The notes below the pieces were generated by a model. It was not told the origin of the DNA. It did not search any database and was given only the letters and a program-made list of their open reading frames with translations. The translations under genes were made by a program, and so were the position numbers. A DNA stretch of 64,000 nt from Octopus sinensis. Taxonomy: Eukaryota. Shown here piece by piece: positions 25,647 through 37,783 of the stretch. Each line of letters starts with the position of its first letter. Positions within the stretch are counted from its first letter, which is position 1. Location of the stretch: positions 116,064,001 through 116,128,000 of the forward strand of contig NC_042999.1 in NCBI RefSeq assembly GCF_006345805.1, written 5' to 3'.

Positions 25647-26304
25647 AATGGTATAAATTATATATACTGTCCAAACTAATTTATGTGTATTGTTGAGTTT
25701 AAATAATTTGAAAAATATATCTGAATTTAGGCACAATGCTAGTACTATTGAGAGGGAGGGGATAGTTAGTTACACTGTAAGGCAGGTTTTAGGATGCTTG
25801 TGTGTGAAGTGCACTGCTGCATGGCAGTGAGGTGTGTATCTGAAATGTAGGGTAGCTGCAAAGATTAGAAAGAAGTGAGGTGAGTATGGTTTGCTAGATG
25901 TATCTACCATGTTAGTGAAGATTAACAGCAAAGTGTAAATGATCTGAGAGAAGTAATAAAGCTGGAGATGACAGAAGACTGTCAACTGGTGATATGCAGT
26001 ACTGTAGAAAACCCAACCTCCTATGCAAGCTTGGCAGAATGCTCATAGTGTATATCCCCTCTTGTGTTATACCTATTCTATGCCATTGCATCTCCCCACC
26101 ACCTTTTCTGCTATCTACAGTATCTATTATATAGCCTCTCTTTTCCATCATCTTTTTCCTTACTTGGTGTACCATGCCACCCATAATTGAGTGGAAAGCA
26201 CTTGGTCTGTACATATTGAATACCCCTATCTTTATTCTGGTTACCACACTCTTGGAACATCTGCCCCCACTGCTGATTAGGTCACCAAGCTAACAAAAAT
26301 TATC

Positions 26305-27029
26305 GTCTCTCTAAAGGAGACTATGGCAGCAGTACTGGATATTAATAGTTATCGCCAAGCTAAGATGGCAGTCCAGGAAAATAGGATGAATGCTGCTGCT
26401 GTTGATTAGCTCCAAGAGACCATTACCTCTAGCTAGCTATGTGACACACGAACCTGTGTCCATTAGGAGAGGTCAGCTGCTTCGCCTTGCTGGTCTGGCA
26501 TCCACAGACTAGTTTCGGGGTATTTGTCCCTTATGGCCTCTTGGAGCTAATCAATGGCAGCATTTGTCCTATTTTCCTGGACTGCTATGTTAGCTTGGCG
26601 ATAACTATTAATATCCAGTACCGCTGCCGTAGTCTCCTTTAAAGAGATTTAGAAATATTAATATTTCTATTTTTGAAAACCAGTGGATGTATTCCACTGA
26701 ATTTAGGTAAATAATCCTTCGAACAGAGGGTCAGCAGCAGTGCCTGCTGGATTCAGCTGCTCTACATGGATATGGGGCAAATACCCCGAAACTAGTCTGT
26801 AGATGCCAGACCAGCAAGGGGAAGTGGCTGACCTCCCCTGTTCGAAGGTTACAATGGACACAGGTTCATGTGTCACATAGCTAGCTAGAAGCGATGGCCT
26901 CTTGGAGCTAATCAACAGCAGCATTTGTCCTATTTTCCTTGACTGCCATGTTAGCTTGGCGATAACTATCAATATCCAGTACCACTGCTGAAATCTCCTA
27001 GAGACTTAGAAATATTAATATTTCTATTT
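26305..27029. mobile_element. Penelope-like pLTR/3'UTR-derived tandem and inverted repeat array
   Basis: Three copies of a sequence also found just downstream of the GIY-YIG stop at about 35016-35091: + 26305-26530, - 26533-26672, - 26673-27029. Confidence 0.8.
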
Positions 27030-27049
27030 GATATATATATATATATATA

Positions 27050-27313
27050 TCGTGGCCGATGCCAGCGTCGCCTCGACTGGCTTCCGTGCCGGTGGCACGT
27101 AAAATAGACCAATCCGACCTGGCACCTGTGCAGGTGGCACGTAAAAAGCACCCACTACACTCACGGAGTGGTTGGCGTTAGGAAGGGCATCCAGCTGTAG
27201 AAACATTGCCAGATAAGACTGGAGCCTGGTGCAGCCTTCTGGCTTCCCAGATCCCTGGTCAAACCGTCCAACCCATGCTAGCATGGAGAACGGACGTTAA
27301 ACGATGATGATGA
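27050..27313 (+). mobile_element. Family C RTE-tailed element
   Basis: Two gtgccggtggcacgtaaaa-like units plus the conserved 3' part; CpG-rich, so probably young. Confidence 0.88.
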
Positions 27314-27599
27314 TATGTATACACACACACACATGCATATCATCATCATTTAACATCTGTTGTCCATACTGGCATGGGTTGGACGGTTTGACACACTCAT
27401 ATGTAAATGTCAAAAGATGAAAATGAGTGCTCAACACTGCATTGGTGGATAGAATTTCTTTATTTGTGTATTAAGGCTACTATTGGTTTCATGTTAAGAA
27501 AAATATCTTAATATCTTAATTTTTCAAGCTTATCACATGGATGAATGGGGCTTGTCTCCATATTGGATAAAAACACCTACACACACACACATCGTTTAT

Positions 27600-27975
27600 T
27601 CTTGTTTACAGTCAGTGAACTGTGGACATGCTGGAGCACCACCTTGGAGCATTTTAATTTGAAGGAATTGACTCCAGTAGTTATTCATTTTTTTAAATTC
27701 CTGATACTTGTTTTATCAGTCTCTTATACTGAACTGCTGTTATGGGGATGTAAACAAACCAACATTGGTCGTCAAGTGGTGATGGAGGACAAACACACAC
27801 ACATACACTTATAATGGGTGACTTTCTGTTTCCATCTACCAAATCCACTCACAAGGTTTTGGTTGACCCTGGGCTATAGTAGAACACATTTGCCCAAGGT
27901 GCCATGCAGTCGGACTGAACCTGGAGCAGTGTGGCGGGGAAGCATGCTTTTAACCATACTACCACACCAGCGCCC
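27600..27975 (-). mobile_element. SINE family A
   Basis: Diverged full-length reverse copy. Confidence 0.75.
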
Positions 27976-28693
27976 ATGTTACACACACACACACGCACAC
28001 ATACTCACACACCCTTTCACACATTGCAATACTAAAAACCAGTGTCAGTCTGCTACTATTTTTACTATTACCATGGTAACAGAAACACTGAAGCGTGTTT
28101 ACTCAAAACTGGCTTGTTCATCCAAAGAGGGAGAGAGAGAGAGAGAGAGAATAGATGGGTGAAGAAAATGTAAACACACTGACACATACATATATCTATG
28201 TGGATATGAGTGTGTGGATGTGTGTTTGTGTATGGATGTGTGTGTGTGTGTGTGTGTGTAGATAGCCACATAGACAACCATGCCAACAATTTTTTTTTTA
28301 GATGAATTAATGAGAAAGAAAAGAAACAGAAAACTTAACTTTTCTTGTATTAAATTGTGGTTTCTTTTCTTTCAACACATTTAGAACATGATCCTAAGAT
28401 ATAGATATATCTTTGTATATGTGTGTGTGCGTGCACGTGCATGTGTTGTGTGTGTGTGTGTGTGTAAATACTGAGATACATACATGCTTACTTTTGCGTG
28501 TTTGTGTAACTTTTTATGGATGTGTATTTGTACAGATATATATATATTTATATGTACGTGTCTATATATGTGTTGGTGTGTGTATCTATATATGTATGTG
28601 TGCATATGAATACACATACACACACACATTCTCACAGACCTGTTTGTATTTACATTTATGCATGTGTGTACGTATTTTTTCCTTGGAATTTTT

Positions 28694-28944
28694 TTAACCC
28701 TTTTACTGCAGTAAGCAGATACATCCACTCAAAATTTCATTACTCTTAACTGCAGAAAGCAGCTTTTAATATACCAATCTATCTTTTTGTTGAGGAATGT
28801 CATGTCTGAAACTATTTTTTGTTGGGATATGTCAAGTTTATTGCGGCAACGGAACTTGCAGAAAATACCAATTCTATTTTGGGTAGATATTTAACATCAT
28901 TACTGGAATCACCATGGAATTTAATTTTGCAGTGGAAGGGTTAA
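28694..28944. mobile_element. piggyBac-like MITE family 3
   Basis: TTAA-CCCTTTTACTGCA...TGCAGTGGAAGGG-TTAA. Confidence 0.75.
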
Positions 28945-29136
28945 ATCTTTTTGCAGAATTGAAGCAGGTCATTATCAAAGTGACAAGGCTTTTTTTGTAT
29001 GAGTTAAGACAGTTCAAGGGATTTGTGAATATGCTGAGTTAATGTGTGTAAGTATGTAGGTGTACACAATTGCACTTATGTGGTGGGCATATATATCTGA
29101 TTCATACACACAGTTGTTTACTTACTCTTTATGTAA

Positions 29137-29308
29137 GGCATGGCTGTGTGCTAAGAAGCTTGCTTCCCACCATATGGTTCAGGGTTCAGTCCCATTGCTT
29201 GGCACCTTGGGCAAGTGTCTTTTACTAAAGCCTTAGGCCAATCAAAGCCTTGTGAGTGGATTTGGTAGATGGACAGTTAAAGAAAGCCATTTTATATATG
29301 TGTATATG

Positions 29309-29348
<40 letters not shown>

Positions 29349-29572
29349 AATTATGTGCATCTTTGTGTCTATGTTTGTCTTCCCCTTCCTCACCACCACC
29401 ACTTGACAACTGGTACTGGCATGTTAATGTCCCTGTAACTTAATGGTTCAGTTAAAAAAACTGATAGAATAAGTACTGGGCTTCAGAAAAATAAGTACAT
29501 TCGGCTAAAAGTTCTTCGAGGGAGTGCTACAGCATGGTCACACTCTAATGCCTGAAACAAATAAAAGATAAT
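29137..29572 (+). mobile_element. SINE family A
   Basis: Head, TA run and tail all present. Confidence 0.85.
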
Positions 29573-30377
29573 AGATATAGGATTGTTTACACCATTTTAG
29601 GAAACTCAAATAGAGAACCTTTGGAATATTTTACGAATTTTCTCAGTGTCATTAATTAGATTTAAAGGATGCGAGTCCATTTGCTTTGTTCTTTCTTGGA
29701 AAAGCCTGCACTTCTAGGCTTTCATGCAAATCTGTTGTTACATATCACAGTTACATATCATATGATGACAGATAGAGATGAGATTCTGTAGGGCTTATAT
29801 ATAGGCTTTAAGTTTTGCATTGGTTTACCATAGATCTCTTTTAACACAAGACAAGATATACCCAATCACTGGGCAGCTGGCCTCTATAACAAACAACAGG
29901 ACAAGGAATACAGCTGTTTTCTTTGTGTTAGAGGGCTGTTTTCACTAGAATGTTTTGCCACTATTCCTCATTTTTAAAGGTACACATACATTCTGGTTCT
30001 GGTGTGCTTTTTGCATAGCCATCCACACAATTGTTTCTGCTATTGTAATCTTTACTATTGTCTTGGCAGCAATGCCTCATGTAATACCCTCTTCACTGGT
30101 GTAGACACATTCAGTATAGCCTATTATAATATGAGGCACCCATATTTCTTTTATAGATGTCCATGTATATTCATCAAGGTGGGATGTGATGTATTTGTTA
30201 ATGCTGATGATATTCTCTACCTTGCATCCCCAAGCTGCTGTTTAAGTTGGTTAGTCCAGCTAGCTGGGATCAGGTGGAACAGTTACCCTCTGTGTACCTA
30301 TTCAAGAGTTTTTGCTCTTAATATATTTTTATTCGTGGTTACATATGTGCATGTGTGTGCATGAATATATGTGTTTC

Positions 30378-30620
30378 TAGGTAGGTAGTTAGGTAGGTTG
30401 ATAGATAGATTGATTGATTGATGGATGGATGGATGGGTAGAAAGATAGGTAAGTAGTTGGGTAGATAGGTGTGTAGATAGATAGGTGGGTGGGTAGGAAC
30501 ATAAGTAGGTAGATAAGTGGGTAGAAAGACAAGTAGTTGGGTAGATAGGTGTGAAGATAGATAAGTTGATAAATAGGTGGGTAAATGGATAGATAGATAG
30601 ATAGACTGACTGATAGATAC
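30378..30620. repeat. Compound GGTA/GATA/GGAT tetranucleotide microsatellite
   Basis: Directly visible. Confidence 0.9.
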
Positions 30621-31813
30621 AGAAACTGGAATTCATTCCACAAAACTATATTTACATGCAAATTTAACTTTGCAAATGAAAAGTGGCAATAAGATAATTG
30701 CTAAAATATTTAAATGATATCTGATCTGATGAGACGGTAAATAAAGGATAGTGAAGTTTATACTTTGCTGATGTGGTCATGAGACTAAAACATGGGCAGA
30801 GTTGTCTCTCATACAAGCCAAACATAATTAAAATAATATTAGGTATGGACTAATATTGTTTCCTTTTTTCTTTTTATCACACTGCTGAAGGTACACATTA
30901 AGTACTTTTCAAATTGTAGGTAGGAGGTGTGTTGGTAGGTATTTTTTTTTTACTGCATGAATTCTGAAGTTAGCTTTTTTAATTCTCACAAAGTAATACT
31001 ATATTGACTGTTTGTTTTCATGCAAATGGCAACTCTGAATTTTTGAAAATGCTTAGCTATTAAAACTGAAATGTCTGTCAGTTTATCACCCAAAGTAATT
31101 TTCTGTTCTACTTTTAGGCAAATATTACCTTTTTCTGGTTTTCTGTCCACACCCTTCCTGTTTCAGAAAAATCAATGTAAAATGTCAAAATTTACATACA
31201 TTTTGTTCATTCATTTTCTTTTTGTCATTACTTTTCTATGCTAACATGGGTTAGATGACTACATATTATCAAGGCATTGCTTTTACAGCTGGATGCCTTT
31301 GCTGTCACTAATCCTGAACTATTTTTCAAGTAAGGGAGTTTTTTCATTCCCCTTGACTCAGATAATACTGAGCTACAAAACAATCAGTTAGTTCATAGGG
31401 ACAACAGAGAACATTGTCATAGTAATTTTTCATGCAGTCACAAAATGTAAACATTCATACAATCATACACATTCATGTACATACATATATATATTTATCT
31501 AGCAGTTAGAGTGTTGGTCTCCAGATCATAAGGTCATGGGTTCAATTCTGGTACTGGGGGTGGGGTCCTTGAGCAAGCCGCATTATTTCACATTTCCAGT
31601 CTTAGCAGTTAAAATTAAGTGCCCAGCAGCTACTGAAGCAGCCCCACTCTCCCTCCAGCTGTCAGACTTTTGATGATTTACTGGTTCAAGAGAGAATGTC
31701 TACCACTAGTCACAACTAAATAGACCTCTAAAACAAATAATAAAAGCATGGTACACACTACTCAGTCATAGTTGTGTCTGAGTGATAGCTAAGCTTAAGC
31801 TTTACATACATGC

Positions 31814-31877
<64 letters not shown>

Positions 31878-31879
<2 letters not shown>

Positions 31880-32364
31880 ATCTTTTCATTTGTGAAGCCA
31901 GTTTTTCCAAATTTTTCCTACTGAACCAAACAATTTGAAACTTCGTATACTGGTAGAATGTGTCAAAAGTAAACTTAATTGTAAACCAGAATGAAAACGG
32001 AATTGTAACTTCTAAGTTTAACATTGTTTAATAATTAGAATTTTAACCAATGGTATTCCGTCTTTCGGCTTCATATTATTTACTCCGTCTCGACCACCAA
32101 TTTGGTGACGTAGTAAACATATGGTATGTAAACAAATGTACACAAAACAATAACGATGAAATTTTTTACTCGGTGTATATGTATATGTATGAATGTATGT
32201 ATGTATGTATGTGTGTATGTATCTATGTATGTGTGTGTGTGTGTATGTATGTGTGTGTATGTATGTATGGCCGATTCGGTGTTTAGTTTTTTCGAGTGAA
32301 TACTCGGTATATGTGTATCTGTATGTATGTGTGTGCATGTGTGTGTGTGTATGTATCTATGTAT

Positions 32365-32401
<37 letters not shown>

Positions 32402-32744
32402 ACACATGTATGTATGGCCGATTCAGTGTTTAGTTTTTTCGAGTGAATACTCGGTGTATGTGTATCTGTATGTATGTGTGTGTGTGTGTATGTATCTCTA
32501 CGTCACAAAACTGCTTTCTACGTCACACTAACAGAATGCAGTAACATATTAAATATGAAAACAAGCAATCTCATTGGTTAAAATTCACAGTTTTAATCTA
32601 CGATTAAAGTCATAAAATAGATTTTTCTCAAATAAACTAGTTCCAACCTGTGTCTTGTTTTGAAACACTGTACCAGCATACGAAGTTTCAAATTATTTAG
32701 TTAAGTAGAAAGATCTGGGCTCCTGGCCACACAATTGAAAAGAT

Positions 32745-32746
<2 letters not shown>
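31878..32746. mobile_element. Non-autonomous DNA transposon with about 90-bp TIRs (GGATCTTTTCA...), inserted in (TA)n
   Basis: The left end ggatcttttcatttgtg..aatttgaaacttcgtatactggta matches the reverse complement of the right end. An internal repeat is duplicated at about 32260-32490. Confidence 0.88.
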
Positions 32747-32802
<56 letters not shown>

Positions 32803-33331
32803 GAGAGAGAGAGAGAGAGACGTGTGTGTGTCAGTTAATTCAGGGTTCCTTTCAAGTTTATGTTCTTCATATAGTGTCTGAACTTTACATTTTAAAAGTT
32901 TTTTTTTTCCTTTTAATTATAAGAGATAATGTGGTGTCATAGCCCATGTGGACCCTCATAAAGTGGAAAAGTTCAATGCAGTTTGTTCAGTTTGAACTCT
33001 GGAGGCTTGTAGAAAAAAAAATGTAGTTTAGGAGGTTGTTTCTAAAAAATAACTGTTTTCTGGCAACAATTATTGGGTGAAGTGTTTTAACTCAAGGTTT
33101 AGTGAGTGAGATGTTACTACTGATGAAATCTGGAGAGGCTTAGGCATCATGTGGTCTTGAACACAGGTGATAAGCAGCTTGCTTGTGCAGAAGAGCAGAA
33201 ACTGCTAGATTCCTGTAGTATAAAACGCAGATAGAAGCAACAACATATCTGTGAGTGAGCTGTAAATATAAATTATAAGAAAGATTTAGCAGTATGGTAG
33301 TGTGACATTAGAGAGTTGTCATTGTCTATCA

Positions 33332-33835
33332 CAGTGCTCCGCAACTGGTATACTGTGACACACTGGTGTGACAGGAGATGATGTGGGAGGCACATGGCCT
33401 ATAGGTTAAAGCAGTGGCCTCGCAGTCAAGGGATCGCAGGTTCGAATCTCAGACCGGGCGATGTGTGAGTTTATGAGCGAAACACCTAAGCTCCACGCAG
33501 CTCCGACAGAAGGTAATGGCAAACATCTGCTGACTCTTTCACCATAACTTTCTCTCACTCTTTCTTCCTGCATCTTGCGGCTCACCTGCGACTGACTGGC
33601 GTCCCGTCCAGGTGGGGAACCTATATGCCAATGAAACCAGGAAACCAGCCCTATGCACCAGGCGTGGTTCGAGAAGGAACAAACAAACAGGAGATGATGC
33701 TAGGTGTGCCACAGTGTAACCTGAATATAATTTTTTTCCATATACTTTTAGTTATATCTTTAGTTCAGATGTGCTGCTGAATTTTGAAAAGAATATAAGT
33801 GTACCGCAATTGAAAAAAATGGTTGCAGAACACTG
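33332..33835. mobile_element. hAT-like MITE with 8-bp TSD
   Basis: TIR cagtgctccgcaac / gttgcagaacactg; TSD GTCTATCA on both sides. Confidence 0.9.
33384..33686 (+). mobile_element. tRNA SINE (head 2 + V-domain tail b) nested in the hAT MITE
   Basis: 13-bp TSD acaggagatgatg; cctgcgactgactggcgtcccgtccagg resembles the V-SINE domain. Confidence 0.9.
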
Positions 33836-34133
33836 GTCTATCATGTTGTAATTGCAGAAAGTGATGGCATTTTAGGCCAAATACTGCACTTCGGTTATTC
33901 TTTTATTCTCTTATTTGTTTCAGTCATTTGACTACGGCCATGCTGGAGCACTGCCTTCAGGGGCTTTAGTTGAACAGATTGACCCCAGGACTTCTTTAAT
34001 AAGCCTAGTACTTATTCTGTCATTTCTTTTTTTTTTCTTGCTGAACCGTTGAAGTTACAGGGATGTAAACACACCAACACTGGTTGTCAAGCAGTGATGA
34101 TGGGGCCAAACAGACACAAAGACACACATGCGC

Positions 34134-34172
<39 letters not shown>

Positions 34173-34268
34173 GGAGTAAACACATAAATGTGAAACAAGG
34201 TGGAAAAAAGAGTACTCAAATACCAGTGGTAGAGTAATATGCTTTATTTTAAGCAGCAGAAAATTCAA

Positions 34269-34318
34269 CAAAATCTGTTACTCTGAGTTTCTCGTTGCCG
34301 TTCATCAGACAGTTTTTG
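34269..34318 (-). ncRNA. Minimal type I hammerhead ribozyme (Penelope type)
   Basis: 5'-caaaaactgt CUGAUGA acg-gcaa-cga GAAA cucagag UA acagauuuug-3': full catalytic core, stem I, GNRA-capped stem II and near-palindromic stem III. Confidence 0.8.
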
Positions 34319-34660
34319 CTAGAATGGAACTGATATATCAATTCAATCTAGACTCTTACAAACGCTACACCTTTAAAAAGAAATGGACTTGTTTGATTGG
34401 CCCTTTAGAAAAAAACCGTCAATCTTCGAGCGATAAACAAAAAGGTCAAAAATATATGTATATATATATATAAAAAAGCTTATAAAAATTATAAAATCCG
34501 AGGAAAAAACCTTACATTGAATAAAATACATATTGACATTAATGAAGAAAGTATAAATTAATTCATAGGAATTAAACCTGTTATAAATATTACACTGCAA
34601 TACATATTTTTATTAAAATGTGCATATATATATCAACATACACAAAAAGGATGCGCGCCA

Positions 34661-34972
34661 GAAAATTCATTTAAAACAAGATTTTATTCTCATAAAAATT
34701 CATTTAAATACCCAGAGAATAGGAAGAAGACCAGCCTAGCAAAATATGTCTGGGAACTAAAAGAAAAGGAAGCCCCACCTTTCAACGTGACATGGAGCAT
34801 TCTGGACAGGGCGGCACCATACAGGCATGGAGCTTACAAAAATAATTTCAAGTGCAAACTTTGTCTATTAGAAAAAATGTACATATTATTCAAAGACAAT
34901 AATTCTTTGAATCAAAGAAGTGAGCTAATGAACTTATGTAGGCACGCGGCTAAATTTAAAATGTCGAAATAA
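34661..34972 (+). pseudogene. GIY-YIG endonuclease C-terminal fragment of a Penelope-like element (Naiad-like)
   Basis: Open frame ENSFKTRFYSHKNSF..TSLAKYVWELKE..WSILDRAAPY..CKLCLLEK..LNQRSELMNLCRH..*; the 5' part is lost. Confidence 0.88.
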
Positions 34973-35224
34973 GAAAAAATTATGTATACAATCTGTGTAA
35001 CGGCGTTATTGGCATAATAGAAATATTAAAATTACTAAGTCTCTCTAAAAGAGATTACGGCAGCGTTACTGGAAATTAATAGTTATCGCCATATTAATGA
35101 GGCTTTGGTCGGCCTGGGGCTATAGTAGAAGATACTTGCCTGAGATGCCATGCAGTGGGACTGAACCTGAAACCATGTGGTTAAAAAGCAAGCTTCTTAC
35201 CACACAACCATATCTCTGCCTCTT

Positions 35225-35650
35225 TCTATCTTTTATCTTTTACTCATTTCAGTCATTTGATGCAGTCATGCTGGGGCACCACCTTGAAGGGTTTTGTTGA
35301 ACAAATCAACTCCTGTATTTATCTTTTTTTAAAGTCTGCTAAATTATTCTATCAATTTGTTTTTGACAAAGTGCTAAGTTATGGAGATGTAAGCAAACCC
35401 ATAATTGTTGTCAAGTGAATGTGGAGGACAAACAGAATTTGAAGAAACACTCTCTTTGTCATTCACACACACACACACACACACGTGTGCGTGGCAGGAG
35501 ATCTTTTCAGTTTCCTTCTATCAGATTCATTCACAATGCTTTGGTTGTCCTGAAGATATAATAGAAAACACTTGTCTAAGGACCTGCACTGTAGGACTGA
35601 ACACAAGATCACAAGGTTGGGAAGCAAGCTTCCTACATAGCTATGCCTGC
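35225..35650 (-). mobile_element. SINE family A (older copy)
   Basis: Diverged reverse copy in tandem with the preceding one. Confidence 0.7.
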
Positions 35651-37554
35651 ATCTGTTATGCTAACGATTCTTCAATAACTCAGCAATTTCTGTCTCTTAT
35701 GTTCTCTCACTGGTTTCAAGTTACTGTATAGTGTGGCCATTCTGGTGCAATACTTTCAAGCATATCTAATTGTAACAACTGCAGTACTTGACTGCTTATA
35801 TTTTTTTTTATTGACCTCTATAAAGGATGAAAGCCCAAGTTGATCTTTGCTGAATTTAAACTCTGACTGTAAAGAAATGTAACCAGATATCACAAGCTAT
35901 TTTACCCAACTTTTTACTCTTGTCCACACACACACGCGTGTGTGTATGCACATACACACACAAACACACACTATCATTGCTAGTCCTTCCTCCCCAGGGA
36001 TCTGCTGCACCTCTCAACAAATCCTTTCCTACTAAAATTCTTCTACAGGAGGTCAAGTCAAGCATACAGCAATTGTATTAACATTACCCTCAAAAGAAAG
36101 TGGTGGGGCCCAGGCACTATGGGGTTTTTTTATTCCTTTTCCACAGACTAATTAATAAAGAATAATATACTTATGTACATGACATGTAACTTTATGATTT
36201 TATTTGCAAGCTATATGAAAGCACTTAATTACACTCTTGTAAGGAAGTGCATAGATCAGTTGTACTTGTAGATTAGTACATGATGAAATTTATATGAGTG
36301 TTTCACTGAGGTATCCTGGGGAATATTCCACAATCATCATCATCATCAGTATCTGCTTCATCATTTTGGTATCCACTTTTCCATGCTTGCACATGTCAGA
36401 TAGAATTCATTGAGGCAAATTTTCTATGGTTGGACTCCTTTTCTGTTGCAAACCCTCTCTTGTTTTCATGCAAAATAGTACTATCCTGTGGCCAGATATG
36501 TTTTTACAGAAGATTGGAAATGAAAGCTACAGCTCGTTTGTGTGACAGATAATACTCATTTACATCTTGGACTTAGGAAGGGCATCCAACCATAGAAACC
36601 ATACCAAATCAGACTGGAACCTGGTGCAGCTCTCTGGCTTACCAGTTCCAATCAGACCGTCTAACCCATGCCAGCATGGAAAGTGGACATTAAATTATGA
36701 TGATAATGATCTATCAAATGTAGTAGTAATGTAGTAGTTCATCAAAAGTGACTGATAAAATAAGTACTTCAAAAATGTAAATGCAGGGGTTGATCTGTTC
36801 AATTGAAACAGTTCAAGGCAGGGCCTCGGCATGACTGTAGTCCAATGACTGAAACAAGTAAAGGATAAAAGGATAAAACGTGAGGAAGAGGATAAATCAG
36901 CATCTGCATGGTGAATGTGAAGAAGGGGACATTTGTAAAATGCCATTTGGTGAAAGGGAGAGCTGAGCTGCAAAAGGATGAGAATTGAAAACCACTGGTT
37001 CTTTGTGTCCTTCCTCTTTCTAAGATAGTCGAGTGTGATTTGAGAAAGGTTTGGTTTCTGTTTTTAGCAGGTCAAGTGACCACATAAAAGTCCTTTATCA
37101 GTTCAGCTGTATGTTGTGTTAAGGTTAAGGATTATGTAGAGAGCAGTGTTTCAGGCAGATCCTATTTTTCTCTTAATATTTCTACTAAAAGGCATTGCAT
37201 CAAAGAGTGAATCTCTTCATTCTATGATACAACAACTGTGTTATTTACAGCCTGATTTGTGCTGCCACTGTCTTTAGCATACCACTTTTAGTGATTACAC
37301 TGTGCTACACGATTTTGTCCATGGCTAGCAACTGTTATTTCCTGTTTGCTTACCCTTAGAAAGTATGAAAAATCGCTAATATTTACTCCAAACTTTTGTT
37401 ACAATTTATTAAAACCCCAAAGAATCCCTCTCAACACAAAGCTATGATGCTCCCCCATTACTCCTTCTCATGATCAGAGATGCACATACTGTCAGCCACT
37501 AAGGGACATGCTCAAATGATTAAAGTCAAGCAACTGATAAGCAAATCTATGGTA

Positions 37555-37783
37555 TTAACCCATTCGTTACCAACCTGGCTGAACCCGGCTCTGGCTCTGT
37601 AGTACAAATGTTTTGTTTTCATAAGTTTTGAATTAAAATTTTCCATCAAACATTAGTCACAAGTTATGTTCCTAACTCTAGCTTAATGATAACTAAGTTA
37701 TTTTACTAAATTCTTTGTTATATTTAAAATAATTAAAAGAAACTCAGAGCATCTCTAAATAAATACGGTAACGAAAAGGTTAA
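37555..37783. mobile_element. piggyBac-like MITE family 2 (inverted relative to 13269)
   Basis: TTAA-CCCATTCGTTACC...GGTAACGAAAAGG-TTAA. Confidence 0.85.

Larger units (their letters stand above)
34171..35096. mobile_element. Penelope-like retroelement, 5'-truncated, with an inverted pLTR segment
   Basis: Plus-strand GIY-YIG C-terminus and 3'UTR; the upstream segment carries a hammerhead motif on the minus strand; the insertion abuts (TA)n. Confidence 0.8.
33895..35220 (-). mobile_element. SINE family A split by the Penelope-like insertion
   Basis: 3' half at 33895-34140 and 5' half at 35097-35220. Confidence 0.8.

Noticed and set aside
26833-26870. SECIS-like ATGA..AA..GA on the minus strand of the Penelope-derived unit
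   Set aside because: Spacing (14 nt and 12 nt) and helix II pairing do not fit the SECIS pattern, and a competing longer hairpin uses the same bases. SECISearch on a family consensus would settle it.
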